DNA of 63,520 nucleotides, counting the filler, from Lenisia limosa (taxonomy: Eukaryota > Protista > Breviatea): the NCBI GenBank assembly GCA_001655205.1. It is 12 parts of 12 records of this genome, joined end to end, with 100 filler letters (N's around TTAATTAATTAA, not from the genome) between each part and the next. Parts side by side here need not be neighbours in the genome. Positions count along the whole stretch, not along the records: positions 30,310 to 39,606 come from LPNZ01006758.1; positions 39,707 to 41,806 come from LPNZ01002491.1; positions 41,907 to 44,057 come from LPNZ01002045.1; positions 44,158 to 47,135 come from LPNZ01005589.1; positions 47,236 to 49,153 come from LPNZ01008960.1; positions 49,254 to 51,691 come from LPNZ01011088.1; 6 more parts are not named here. The stretch is one strand, 5' to 3'. The position numbers and the translations under genes were made by a program. Shown here one piece after another: positions 37,641 to 49,610 of the stretch; the stretch's first letter is position 1, and each line of letters opens with the position of its first letter. Under the pieces are notes generated by a model. The model had not been told where the DNA came from. It saw nothing but the letters and a program-made list of their open reading frames with translations, and made no database searches.

Positions 37641-38875
37641 ATTATGACAGTGGTTCAATTATTTATTTTAGTGCATTTTAGAGCCTCAAACAAGGAATAT
37701 AGATCAATAATAACTTATTAAAGTTGTAAGGGACGGAAGGAAATGAATGACAGCTTAAATAGTTAATGTAAACTAATATTACTTATTTCTATTCTTATTT
37801 TACCGTGATCCTTCATTAAAGACTAATTGCAATATCATAAGTGAAATGAAATGGTATTTCAGACATACGATTCTCTTTTGTCAAAGAATTGCAGCAATAA
37901 ATATTTGTAAATTGACAAGTTTTAACGTCATTTTGACACTCAAACCTCCAAATTGGTTTGAGCCCCATGCGACTTAACAATGAACTTAACTCTATCGTAA
38001 GGAAGTCCTGTGAGTGATAAATTGTGATTTTGCAGTTTACAAAAACTACACTATTAGAAATCGCCAAATGATCAAAACGCTGTAACCCTCCCTTCGCTCT
38101 TTTATTTCTTCCTACAATTCCTATCCTCCTACCCCTCTATTCCTCTATATAGCATAATTACCGTTGGTTTTATCAGAGAGAACCATGCAACATGCTTTGA
38201 AGAGAGTCTCATGGGGGTCGATCTAAAGAGGTCAAATATATATATGATATATACATGTATATACATGTATATATATATATCATTGTCTTCATTTGGACCC
38301 CAGAAATTTCATCAAATTTTCATTGTTATTACATGGGATTCTCATGTAATTTTAAGAAAATTTTAACTTTTCAACTAAAGGCAAGTAGTCTTGTATCTTC
38401 CTGAAGCTGGCCTTCTAGTGAAATACTAAATCACCCAATCATTTGCCTAGCATCTCTGTGCACAGTTCACACTTGCCACATACTTCCTGCTAATATTGCG
38501 AACACTGATATTTAGTCAATCGTGTGAGAACTTATCACAAGAGAAATTCACTCTTTTTCGAACCGAAGTGAACCCCTTATGTTTGCCCTCAGCCTCTCCC
38601 GCATATTATACACAGGTAAACTATCGATATATTACCTGTCTTTTTCGGAACGTTGTGAATCCCTAGCACAAATACCTGGACTTGATAGGTGACGTTTGTC
38701 TTTGTTTGGAAAATCACGGTAGCAAGATTGCTGGACTTCTATATGATGAGAGTTGCAATTTGAGTTCTACTCAGGTCGAAACACAGCGTATATAGCTGTG
38801 AAATTAAGCATTGTAAAATTGTAGAAGAACGTTCATATTTGCTTGAACAAAGTATACATACATATATGTGGGTCC

Positions 38876-39542
38876 TCAAAGCTCCGGACATCATTCACAA
38901 TTCCCGGACACATCAAAACTCCGGACAGTTTGAAGTTGACACCTTTTATAGGCTATTGCTAGTATTGTTTGAAAAAATGCTTCCGCAGATGCATGGGGAA
39001 ATGGGCCTCCTGGTGTTCCCTGGCTTTTTTCGGTTTTGGGCGGGTGTCGGGGGTCCGTGAATTTGGTCTCCCAGGGGTCGCCCCTTTTGCCTTTTCACAG
39101 GATTTTTTTCTGAATCTTACCCTCTTTTAGTGTTAAGAAAAAAAATTTGTACCCCTCGGAGTAATTGGTTCCGGGTTCCCATTTGCTTTGGCTATGTAAT
39201 GGTGAATTTTGAGGAAAAAATGCTAAAAGTAGCACTGTCTACAGGGGTAAACTTTCCCGGATAGTTGCTATTTATTCCCAGGAATGTGGCCTTTTATAAC
39301 GATTTTTGCTTGTTTTTGACTGTTTTTGAACCGTAAAAAGAGAGCTTAGGGACTTAATTTGGTTTTGACCCGATAATATGTTAAATTGGGGTTTCATTTT
39401 TTTATTAAGATTGAGATTACTTTCAAAAACAGAAGGAAAATAGGGTTTCTGGGTGGTTTATGGTGATTTTGTATGGAAAACTCAAGCTGTCCGGGAGTTT
39501 TGATGTATCCAGGAATTTTGAATGATGTCCGGAGCTTTGACT
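38876..39542. mobile_element. Non-autonomous DNA transposon, ~665 bp, ~60-bp TIRs
   Basis: 38876-38937 (TCAAAGCTCCGGACATCATTCACAATTCCCGGACACATCAAAACTCCGGACAG) is the reverse complement of 39481-39540 with few mismatches. No transposase ORF inside. Confidence 0.8.
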
Positions 39543-40016
39543 ATACATATGCTCACGGTCCTAAATGGTGTCATTAATTCCAAAATGGTGTCATTAATTT
39601 TTGAGGNNNNNNNNNNNNNNNNNNNNNNNNNNNNNNNNNNNNNNNNNNNNTTAATTAATTAANNNNNNNNNNNNNNNNNNNNNNNNNNNNNNNNNNNNNN
39701 NNNNNNGACCCTGCCGTTCAAATCTGCAGAGCTTCAATTGGCTTGAGCATCGGCATTGTGGGTGGTGATGATATGATGTTGTTGTGGTTTGTTTATGTTG
39801 ATGATATTGACCCTTGAACTTTAATTACTCATCGTTATTTCTATTGAGCCCCTCTTCTTCACTTCTATTTCTCACCCCTCCCCCCAGTCTTCATACCGAC
39901 GTTACCTTGCCTTTATCATCAACCCCGTTTGTGTTGATATGGATCCCTCTGGAACCGTCAACCTCAATTACAATGTACAATCAAGTGAGCATAGCTTTAT
40001 GAATGCGTCAGAAGTC

Positions 40017-40121
40017 GGGCTTCACTTCGGTTCAAAAAAGACCAAAAGACTGGGGAAATATCGATAGTTTTCGAGGATTTATCGAGAAATTCAGTCTTTT
40101 TCTGAATCGAAGTGAATACCC
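40017..40121. mobile_element. MITE-A copy
   Basis: GGGCTTCACTTCGGTTCAAAAAAGAC...GTCTTTTTCTGAATCGAAGTGAATACCC. Confidence 0.82.
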
Positions 40122-40781
40122 TGTCAAAAGTGACACGATGAAAAACAATAATAGAATCTTGGGATGTCATACTTTAAGAAAAATACCAAGGAAAAACAAA
40201 AACAAGAAGGATAAATGGATCATATGTATTATTACCCAAGTATATTTTTACTCCTACTTCTAAAACTCAACACGATTTTAATCAATATGATATGTATGTA
40301 CGTGCATAATCATGTTTAATATCATAATATGACAACGAAGTTCATCACGAGTGTATCGTCGGTCAATTATCGTATCAGTGGATATGAGTAATCTTAGCAC
40401 TGCGAGTTAACACTTCTGAATTACCCGAAAAGATATTATTATAATAACTTTTTTTGTTTCTCTTTGTTATTTTCCTTCGAACGAGCAAAATCTAGCTACA
40501 TTCTCAACCTCCAGCTTCCAACTTCTTTATTCCGGAAAGTGACGATCCATCACAGTGGCTGCCCCCTGTACAGGTTTATATGTAAGCTAATGAGGACGGT
40601 TCATTGCTTTTGTTTTTCTCTCGGTTGCTTGAGAGCTCTTTATCGTTGTAGATTATCCATATTCAGAATAATTTTTCAAGAATTATTATTTCTTGTGACC
40701 TTTTTTAATCACCAGACACTTCCTTTGTCTTCTTCCTTTGATACAAGTGGCCTCCTTTTTGTACAGTGCAAAACCATCTAG

Positions 40782-41041
40782 GTTAAATCAGAGTGCCAAT
40801 CCAGAAATTGTCACGAATATCCGAACAAAAAGTTTCGGTGACGTCATCTTTGAACTACTTTTGACTAGAATTTGATGAAGATTTTGGTCAGTATGATAAT
40901 CACAACATTAAGTTAAATCAGGGTGCCAATCCAGAAAATTGACACGAATATCCAAACAAAACGTTTCGGTGACGTCATCTTTTAACTACTTTTGACTAGA
41001 ATTTGACGAAGATTTTGGTCAGTATGATAATCACAACATTT
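40782..41041. repeat. Tandem duplication of a ~130-bp unit; dispersed homolog at 17577-17675 (opposite strand)
   Basis: GTTAAATCAG..CCAATCCAGAAA..TTTCGGTGACGTCATCTTT..GGTCAGTATGATAATCACAACATT occurs twice (units start at 40782 and 40912). Confidence 0.9.
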
Positions 41042-41906
41042 GCTCTCTTGTTTCCAAAACAACTGCTTTAATAACTCTAAATAGAATATCTTCCAAGCTG
41101 TCGCTTTCTTACTTCAGTTGCACCTCCAGTAGCGTCAATCTTGTCCTGGCCTAGTATCAGGCTGGAAGTAATTTAAAGACAAAATCCACAAGGACTTGAA
41201 AAGGAGAATAAAACTAGAATCAAGGGTGTTAAGAACACAACTTGTGACAACAAGGAGATTCACAATTATTCACTTGATCTTGCGAAAAGTTCAGTCATCC
41301 AGTTTCGAACAATCTGGGTTCAAGACTTCTACATATTACATATCATATATTGCTATACTATATGAGATGATATTTGTCGCCATCACTGACAGTATGTTTT
41401 GGATGATTCTTGTTTGTTAAGGGTTAAGAACCTGTTCGTTTAATATAACTTGAACAGCCCAAAACTTTTCATTATAAAACAATTTTTTTTACTATTTAGA
41501 CCATTCTGATATAATGTTGAATCAACAATCGCTGGGTTGTTTCCTTGCTTTTAGCAAATGCTCCATTCTCTTCTTTTTCTTTTTCGTTTTTGAGTGTTTT
41601 GTTTTCTCCTGAAATACTCTGCAGGCATATTTCTTGATAACTTTTTTTTTTAATTCAATTTCTTTCTCTGATAACCTCTTCAAAACCACACCATCATTAA
41701 TGACCAATTATTTTCATGTTTTATTTAATTTCTAGGGCCACGTACAATCACACCATCCCGGCCATGTCACAGATTATCTTCAGCTCCGACGTCTATGGCA
41801 CGGCCTNNNNNNNNNNNNNNNNNNNNNNNNNNNNNNNNNNNNNNNNNNNNTTAATTAATTAANNNNNNNNNNNNNNNNNNNNNNNNNNNNNNNNNNNNNN
41901 NNNNNN

Positions 41907-42590
41907 GAGCAAGTCGGTGAAGAGAACCTAAAATATTAACTGGTGATTGTATTTCCATCTAAACCGAAGTAGTAAATTGATTCGACCATTTTAATGACTG
42001 AACAAACCTGATGGCCGCAGAGCATTCCGTTAATTCCGTTAAAAGTATCAACACGAGCATTTCTCTTGACTGCATCCTTTATATCGGATTCGGCAGCAAC
42101 AACTTCCCCAGGCTTGATCGAAACAGCGCGTTCACCCTGTTGAGTAAGTGAAGTATCTCAAAGCACTGATGTTTACTTGAATCCATGTAAAACTTTTTAA
42201 CAAATGCAAAAAAATGAAAAGCAATGTTAACAGGTACGATGTCGAATGAAGGAAGACCTTCTGTGACCGGTCCAATAGACGAGGTTTTGGTGATACAATT
42301 AGCTACAGTCGAAGCAAAAGAAGAACTCAACTGCTTTGTGATAGAAGTGCTCCTTTTACACAGCGCAAAAGATCCTTTGCAGTGTCTGAGTTGCGGTGGA
42401 GAGCTCATAATTGTACTTGTCTCCGCACTTCGTGATCTTGATAGGAACGGGTGCTACGGTCTTTCCACCACGGATGAGAGCATCTTTCACTGCGCCTTCA
42501 CCACCGACAATGAGTGAAGCAGGGGTGTACTCTCCGGTCATTCGTGACATTGTGAGTGCAGACGCGAAGCATCTCCTCTTACTCTGTGAA
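41907..42590 (-). CDS. Hypothetical protein (multi-exon, truncated)
   Basis: Open GT-AG-bounded exons (MSRMTGEYTPASLIVGGEGAVKDALIRGGKTVAPVPIKITKCGD; GERAVSIKPGEVVAAESDIKDAVKRNARVDTFNGINGMLCGHQ|VLFTDLL). Family not recognised. Confidence 0.5.
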
Positions 42591-44622
42591 ACCAAGCAGG
42601 GGAGAAGGCAGTTTCATTCCTGAAGAAACCGTCCTGCATTTTTTGTTAGACACATTTGAGTTCCGTCACCAAAGAACGGAAAAAGGAAAACCCCTCATAC
42701 AATTGCAGAAAAAGGAAAGTCTGGGACTGACTGAGTGAGAAGTTCATTGCTGGTCTTCATAAGTTCATCAAAATTGTCACATTGAAGATCCTAATAAAAC
42801 AATCAAAATGGCGCGTTATAAGAAATCGGAGTACTGTAGCAAATTGAATTATTCTTCCCACCTTGGTAAGAGTCGTGAAGACCTCCTCAATACCANNNNN
42901 NNNNNGTATCTGAAAATGGTGGAATTGTTGGAACCAGAAGGCAATTTATCAGAAAGTAAAAGCGTTTATTGTCAACTGTTGGTGAATAAAAACCCCATCT
43001 TCGAATTACTGACAAACCTTTGTCGAAGTTTCAATCACGTTCATGTCGTGCAGCTGCAGCTGTAATTGCCTTGGTGATCACCGCCTCAATCGTGGTACAT
43101 ACTCCATAGGCAGTTGCCACAGCCTTCTGCTTTTATCTGTTGGATGGGTTCTGGCCAAGAGAGCGAATTGCATGATGGGCATGTAAATACAGCCGTTTTC
43201 CGCTATTGAAAGCTCTTGAAAGCTTAACTGCTTTTTCTGGCTAAGATATTAAGAAAAACGTAACAGGGGGGGGGGGTGATCATACATTTTATCGCTCATC
43301 CCAAATGCTTGTTGAATCAATATGTTGAGCTCGACAAACCTCCTGGGTATGAGCCCTTCTGTTGTCATCAAAGTCGTCAGCTCCAGGAGGGTAGGCTTCA
43401 GTCATGATTTCGGAGTCCTTCTTTGCATTGTCACGGATCTTAGTATCATGATATTGAAGTGTGTTAACAACTTCATTTTGGGTCATTGAGTGCCTACTAT
43501 ATGCAGGACCGGCTAAACCCTATAAAACCCTATATATAAAAAAAAATTCCTTCAAAAAGTAAATCATCTTTCCATTCTTTTGTTGAAGTCTATATAATAT
43601 AAAAAAGATACACCAAAATTTGGTAGTTTTGATGTACTTCTGTTAACATCTGCCATAANNNNNNNNNNNNNNNNNNNNNNNNNNNNNNNNNNNNNNNNNN
43701 NNNNNNNNNNNNNNNNNNNNNNNNNNNNNNNNNNNNNNNNNNNNNNNNNNNNNNNNNNNNNNNNNNNNNNNNNNNNNNNNNNNNNNNNNNNNNNNNNNNN
43801 NNNNNNNNNNNNNNNNNNNNNNNNNNNNNNNNNNNNNNNNNNNNNNNNNNNNNNNNNNNNNNNNNNNNNNNNNNNNNNNNNNNNNNNNNNNNNNNNNNNN
43901 NNNNNNNNNNNNNNNNGGTGCAGTTGTTTGTTACCACAACCAGATTGGAACCACCGACGCTCTCCCTCGCGATGCCTTTCGCTGCATTGACACCGATGGT
44001 GATTTTGCGATCATATTCTCATCAGTCCATCTCCAAAAAGCACATCGCCGCTTCATTNNNNNNNNNNNNNNNNNNNNNNNNNNNNNNNNNNNNNNNNNNN
44101 NTTAATTAATTAANNNNNNNNNNNNNNNNNNNNNNNNNNNNNNNNNNNNNNNNNNNNACCCCCCCCCCCACCCCAGATTCCGCTGACCACACCTGAAGAC
44201 GACAACGAGGTTCAACGCATCAAATCCGAGCTGGCCGACCTAGTAAAGGGTAGAGCCTGAAGCGTGTCTTCTCTGCTGTACTTCTATATTAAACTTATAT
44301 GGTTTCTATGTTTTAATATATTTTTTCGTCCCTTCTATCTATGTGTTTCAGTATGTTCATACAATCATTTGTATACGTACCTCTATGGTAGCCAATCGCG
44401 TACAATCGCCAGATAATCGTATCCTCATCATATCATAATATAGTAAAAAAAAGTAAAAAAAAAAATTGTAAAATTATATAACATATATTATACCACTTAG
44501 GGAGGTTGGGGAAGGGAAGAGAAAAAGAATGCTGGGATGAGGCTGGTCACTTATCCGGACCCCCAGGAAAAACGAGTATAAAAATAAAATTTTGGAAAAA
44601 AAAATCATCTGAATAAGTCAAA

Positions 44623-45004
44623 ATGGTCGCTGAAGTGGGAAGAGCTGGTGGAAAGGGTGCCCCAAGAAGGAAGATGAAGGGATCCAGACCCTCAAACAAG
44701 TCTGACAACTTCCGTCTTCATGCCAACAAGATTAAGGTCCTCAATCTTCAGGAGCTTCCCTCTGTTGAGGAGGTTTATATGTTTACCGCAACTGGTGAAG
44801 TTATTGAATTCACTAAGCCAAAAAGTATTTTTGTTTCTTTCTAACTCCAGTGCATGCCAACTTCCAGAGCCAATGCTTCTCTCTCTATGGTGAACACGCA
44901 AAGAAGAACATGCAAGACTGTTATCCTGCGATCATTCCTCATATTGGTTAAAGTTTCTCCTAATATTTTTTCTCAATAAAGGTTATTTTTCTGATCACCT
45001 CATG
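44623..45004 (+). CDS. BTF3: Nascent polypeptide-associated complex beta subunit (BTF3/EGD1); 3' end uncertain
   Basis: GGKGAPRRKMK..VEEVYMFTATGEVIEFTKPK|MHANFQSQCFSLYG..YPAIIPHIG matches NAC-beta (GGKG..RRK; EEV.mF..G.Vi.F..PkvqA...f...G; lP.Il.qlG). Confidence 0.88.
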
Positions 45005-45403
45005 GTGGGTTCTCTCCCTCTTAATTCTCTTTCTGAGTACTAAACCCCATAAAACTGGTTTATTCTTGGGAACAAGCCAAAGTCCTTGGGCGAATCCTCT
45101 TTTTACTCTATTTCTTTGAAGCAAAAGTTCGTTTTTTTCTCAGTAAAAGTGGCTCTTTTTGTCGCTATTGCTGTGCCCTAGTTTACAACCTTATCAACTA
45201 GTCATGAAACAAAGCCAAAAGCGTCGTCAAACAGAAAGACTAGAAGTACGATCAAATCATCTTCTAGATCAAGAACATTTGAACTACGATCGCATTTTTC
45301 TTGCCTTTTTTCACTGTTTTGTTGTTAAGGTGTTAAGGTGATAAGTTCAAACCCATTAAGTAGTAAGTAGAAAGCTTGGATAGATCACTCCTTCCAAAGC
45401 AAG

Positions 45404-47135
45404 ATGGCGTTCGATCCGGTAAGTCATGCTTAAACAACAAATCGAGGACCTAACACCGTAGAAAATCCGCAAAGGAGAAATCTTTGAGCTCCACCAGCTC
45501 CTCCGCAACGTAAGCGGTCCTCTTGGTTCCACTTAGCTTATCTTCATAGCCAGAGGTGATTAAAGACAAGAGTCGCTATCAGAATGTGGTTATTAGCGTT
45601 ATCTCCTCGATGACAAAAGGAGTTGACGTGTCCCCTCTTTTCTCAGATATGATCATGGTGAGAGACGGCTTTGCCCATTTTTATTATATTGCCTTATTAA
45701 TTAGCATGAATAGTGACGTGGTCCTTTGAAAAGAATCTAGTTTACCTGGATTATTCTCTCAGCTTGTTACAAAGGTTTTCAACTTATGGGGAATCCAAGC
45801 ATTCAATAAATATTTCTCAACACAAACAAACTTGGCCAAATAATGCCAATAAATTATATGTGATAAACCACTTAAAGTGAAAAATAGACCTTATCATACG
45901 TATTTCAAAAAGAGCACATTGTTGCTGGATTGTCTTTTGGATACATTGTCCTTCGAACCGACACCCCCCCCCCCCCNNNNNNNNNNNNNNNNNNNNNNNN
46001 NNNNNNNNNNNNNNNNNNNNNNNNNNNNNNNNNNNNNNNNNNNNNNNNNNNNNNNNNNNNNNNNNNNNNNNNNNNNNNNNNNNNNNNNNTGGGCTTTTTA
46101 TTTTTTTATTTTTTTCAATTTTTTACTCCCGCCACAGGCTACCCAAACCAGCAACGTGGTACAGAAGAAGATGGTTTACATGTATCTTGCCAACCAGGCA
46201 CAGAGGAATCCACAGCTTGCTATTTTGGGTGGGATAACAGAGTTGATTTTTTACCCGCTTTTTGCTTTGATGAGATACGGTGCTGCAGAAGCGACTGGCC
46301 TGCGCTTTGTTTGTTTTGTTGTTCTCAACCCTCGTGTGTTGTCAGCCAACAGAGTTTATTTTGGACTTTTTTGTTTCATAAATTGTCCATTTTTACTTTG
46401 ATTGAGCGGTGGTGGGACTCTTCAAAGGCTGGCTAGGGCTTGTTTTTGTTTTTGTGGTTTTTGTTATCTGGCTTTTGTTTAGTTTTAGCGTTGTTATTGC
46501 TTGTGTTTTTGTTTTTTTGTTAGTTTGGAGCTTCAGATTATTCGGTTCGTGATTTTGCGCCAATATTCTTCATCGNNNNNNNNNNNNNNNNNNNNNNNNN
46601 NNNNNNNNNNNNNNNNNNNNNNNNNNNNNNNNNNNNNNNNNNNNNNNNNNNNNNNNNNNNNNNNNNNNNNNNNNNNNNNNNNNNNNNNNNNNNNNNNNNN
46701 NNNNNNNNNNNATGAAGGCAATTGCTATTCGCTCCCTCACGTCTTTCAAGTAGGGCAAATAATTTGAGACATATTTTAAAAGAATCAACTCCAGACAGCC
46801 ACTTTATTTCAAATTTTGTGATATTGTATAATATATCTGACAGAAAACAGGATTATATTGTTAAATCTATCACACCTGAGGGTGATATTTTCATGCTTGT
46901 GCCAACAGAGGATTATATTGTTATGCTTGAAACAATAGAAGGATATACTATTATATCTGTTACAGGTTACATTGTGAAATGAAAGTGTGTGATATGATTA
47001 TGGATCTACAGGAGTATTATTTGCTAAATTTAGAAATGTAATATTTTTAAGAATGCACGGAGTCATAATAACAATACTTTTTAACCCCCCAGTGTGACAG
47101 GAATGGAAGAGTACCTCCCCCAACCCCTCCACGCT
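45404..47135 (+). CDS. AP4B1: Adaptor complex beta subunit, AP-4 beta-like, 5' part (truncated)
   Basis: DKSRYQNVVISVISSMTKGVDVSPLFSDMIM|ATQTSNVVQKKMVYMYL..NPQLAIL, KAIAIRSLTSFK, GMEEYLPQPL. The 'RY.NV' and 'VQKK' features fit AP-4 beta better than AP-1/2 beta. Confidence 0.82.
46278..46427 (+). mobile_element. IE-A cassette, near-consensus, with 3' extension (AP-4 beta intron)
   Basis: CGGTGCTGCAGAAGCGACTGGCCTGCGCTTTGTTTGTTTTGTTGTTCTCAACCCTCGTGTGTTGTCAGCCAACAGAG..GTTTCATAAATTGTCCATTTTTAC..CGGTGGTGGGACTCTTCAAAG. Confidence 0.85.
46523..46575 (+). mobile_element. IE-B intron 3'-cassette (second family), cut by gap
   Basis: GTTTGGAGCTTCAGATTATTCGGTTCGTGATT is shared with 26308-26339 (minus). 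GCGCCAATATTCTTCATCG is shared with 50571-50590. Confidence 0.65.
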
Positions 47136-49610
47136 NNNNNNNNNNNNNNNNNNNNNNNNNNNNNNNNNNNNNNNNNNNNTTAATTAATTAANNNNNNNNN
47201 NNNNNNNNNNNNNNNNNNNNNNNNNNNNNNNNNNNCTCGGGAAGCTCTGGTGTCAAGATTCAGAACCTCGCAGAAGGCCGAGTGGGGGGCTTGGCAAAAG
47301 GGGAAGATGGTGGTTGTGTTCATGCTGTCTGGTCTGATGCAGCACAAACCAGCGTATTGCTTTGAATATTTATAACAAATATGGGTCTGTTATTCTGTAC
47401 TGTTCCAATCGACTGTTTTCTTTCTCTGAGTCGCCAACGAGGATATTATGATATTGAAAATCAGTTTTGTAAAAACTGGTAACATAAATTCGAACTTTGA
47501 TGACGAAAAATATATTCATACTCTGATGTAATCTCCCACAGCACTTTGACGAGTGACGTCGCTGGCCAAATCGACCGCGGAATACGCGACAAGGANNNNN
47601 NNNNNNNNNNNNNNNNNNNNNNNNNNNNNNNNNNNNNNNNNNNNNNNNNNNNNNNNNNNNNNNNNNNNNNNNNNNNNNNNNNNNNNNNNNNNNNNNNNNN
47701 NNNNNNNNNNNNNNNNNNNNNNNNNNNNNNNNNNNNNNNNNNNNNNNNNNNNNNNNAACAACAGGCAAATTCGCTTACCTTCCAGTCTGACCATTGTCAA
47801 TGTCACGGAAAAGCTGCGCGAACACACGGGTGACGAGCTCACTTTCAGAGGTGTGTGATGTTGTTGCGTTCTGTTTAGAGTCACAGAGGACCAATTGGGA
47901 TATTTCTGACACTTAAAGCGATGGTGTGGGCCTCTCTCTCTCTCTCTCCCAGCACTTATTATTTCATAAATTGTTTCATTCACCCCCCNNNNNNNNNNNN
48001 NNNNNNNNNNNNNNNNNNNNNNNNNNNNNNNNNNNNNNNNNNNNNNNNNNNNNNNNNNNNNNNNNNNNNNNNNNNNNNNNNNNNNNNNNNNNNNNNNNNN
48101 NNNNNNNNNNNNNNNNNNNNNNNNNNNNNNNNNNNNNNNNNNNNNNNNNNNNNNNNNNNNNNNNNNNNNNNNNNNNNNNNNNNNNNNNAATCATCAGATT
48201 TTTGCTTTAATGGAATTTCCGTCAGAATACACGACGAATAAGGGTCATAGGCATTCCGGGGTTTTCCCGGAATTTCCATGGCCCAAAGCCACAGTGTCGC
48301 TTTCAAATAATCTCTGTCAAGCTCACCGATTCCATTCCCCTTACCCCCTCAGACGAAGACGCCTCCAAATGTCATCCCCACGAAGTTAGCCCCGTCCTCC
48401 CTCCGAAGTTTGGTGTAAACCCCCAAAATGTTGAATGGGGTTAGTTGTCGTTATTTTGTCTTTGAATTGCCGTGTGTTGATGGTTGTTTTGTATCTTTGA
48501 AGCTGGTCCTGAAATATATTTCTTATGATGTACTTTTAACAAATTGATGAGAGGGCAGCGTTGCTGGCGATCTTCCTGAGCCCTTTAGCTGGGGACTGAG
48601 GGTACTCAAATCGAGCAAGTGCTCGAGGGCATTCATATTGAACGGTCACATGGTTCCTTGTATGGTAGGCCTGAGGGGGGTGAGGACATTGTAATAAATC
48701 CCAAAAGGGTCAGACATAATTATAATAAATCCCAAAAGGGTCAGCCATAATCATTATAATTGAGAGGTAAATGTCGGATGTAATCGGTCTGAGCGACCGG
48801 TGCCAGGAACTTCACTTCATCCACATCATACCCAATTCCTTTATGATTGCATCTATCCCCCTCCGCAACAGAGTTTTTTTTTCTTTGTTTCATAAATTTT
48901 CCAATTTTACTCCCCCCCCCTCGCCTGTATCAATAACTCAAAATAAAACATCACTTTAAAGCAGGCCGCTAAACCAGATTCATTACGTAATCTTAACCGA
49001 GCCCCAAATCCATCAATTTTGGTCAACTAACCATAAACTATACCCCAAATCTATGAAAAAATCCTTACACTCCGACGATGTTTTATTCTTGTTTAGCGGC
49101 CTGCTAAAATCTTCCCCCAGGTTTGGTCCTTTTTTTTTTACATGTAGTAAATCNNNNNNNNNNNNNNNNNNNNNNNNNNNNNNNNNNNNNNNNNNNNTTA
49201 ATTAATTAANNNNNNNNNNNNNNNNNNNNNNNNNNNNNNNNNNNNNNNNNNNNCCCCCCCCCCTAATAGTATACATCTCTATCTAAGCCCAATACGGTGC
49301 TGCAGAAGCGACGTTGTTTTTATTGTTTTCAACCCTTGAACGGGATAAGTCTTGACCGATTTTCTAAGGGAAATCACATAGCAAATTTATCAAAGAACGT
49401 TTTTCTTACCAAAAGAGTTGATTTTGGGTTTCCATTTTACCCCTCGTGTGTTGTTAGCCAACAGAGTTGATTNNNNNNNNNNNNNNNNNNNNNNNNNNNN
49501 NNNNNNNNNNNNNNNNNNNNNNNNNNNNNNNNNNNNNNNNNNNNNNNNNNNNNNNNNNNNNNNNNNNNNNNNNNNNNNNNNNNNNNNNNNNNNNNNNNNN
49601 NNNNNNNNNN

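Noticed and set aside
47236-48960. Assigning the exon-like fragments on this scaffold to the MurQ/GCKR-like gene
   Set aside because: They are on a different scaffold and share no recognisable motif, so they are left uncalled.
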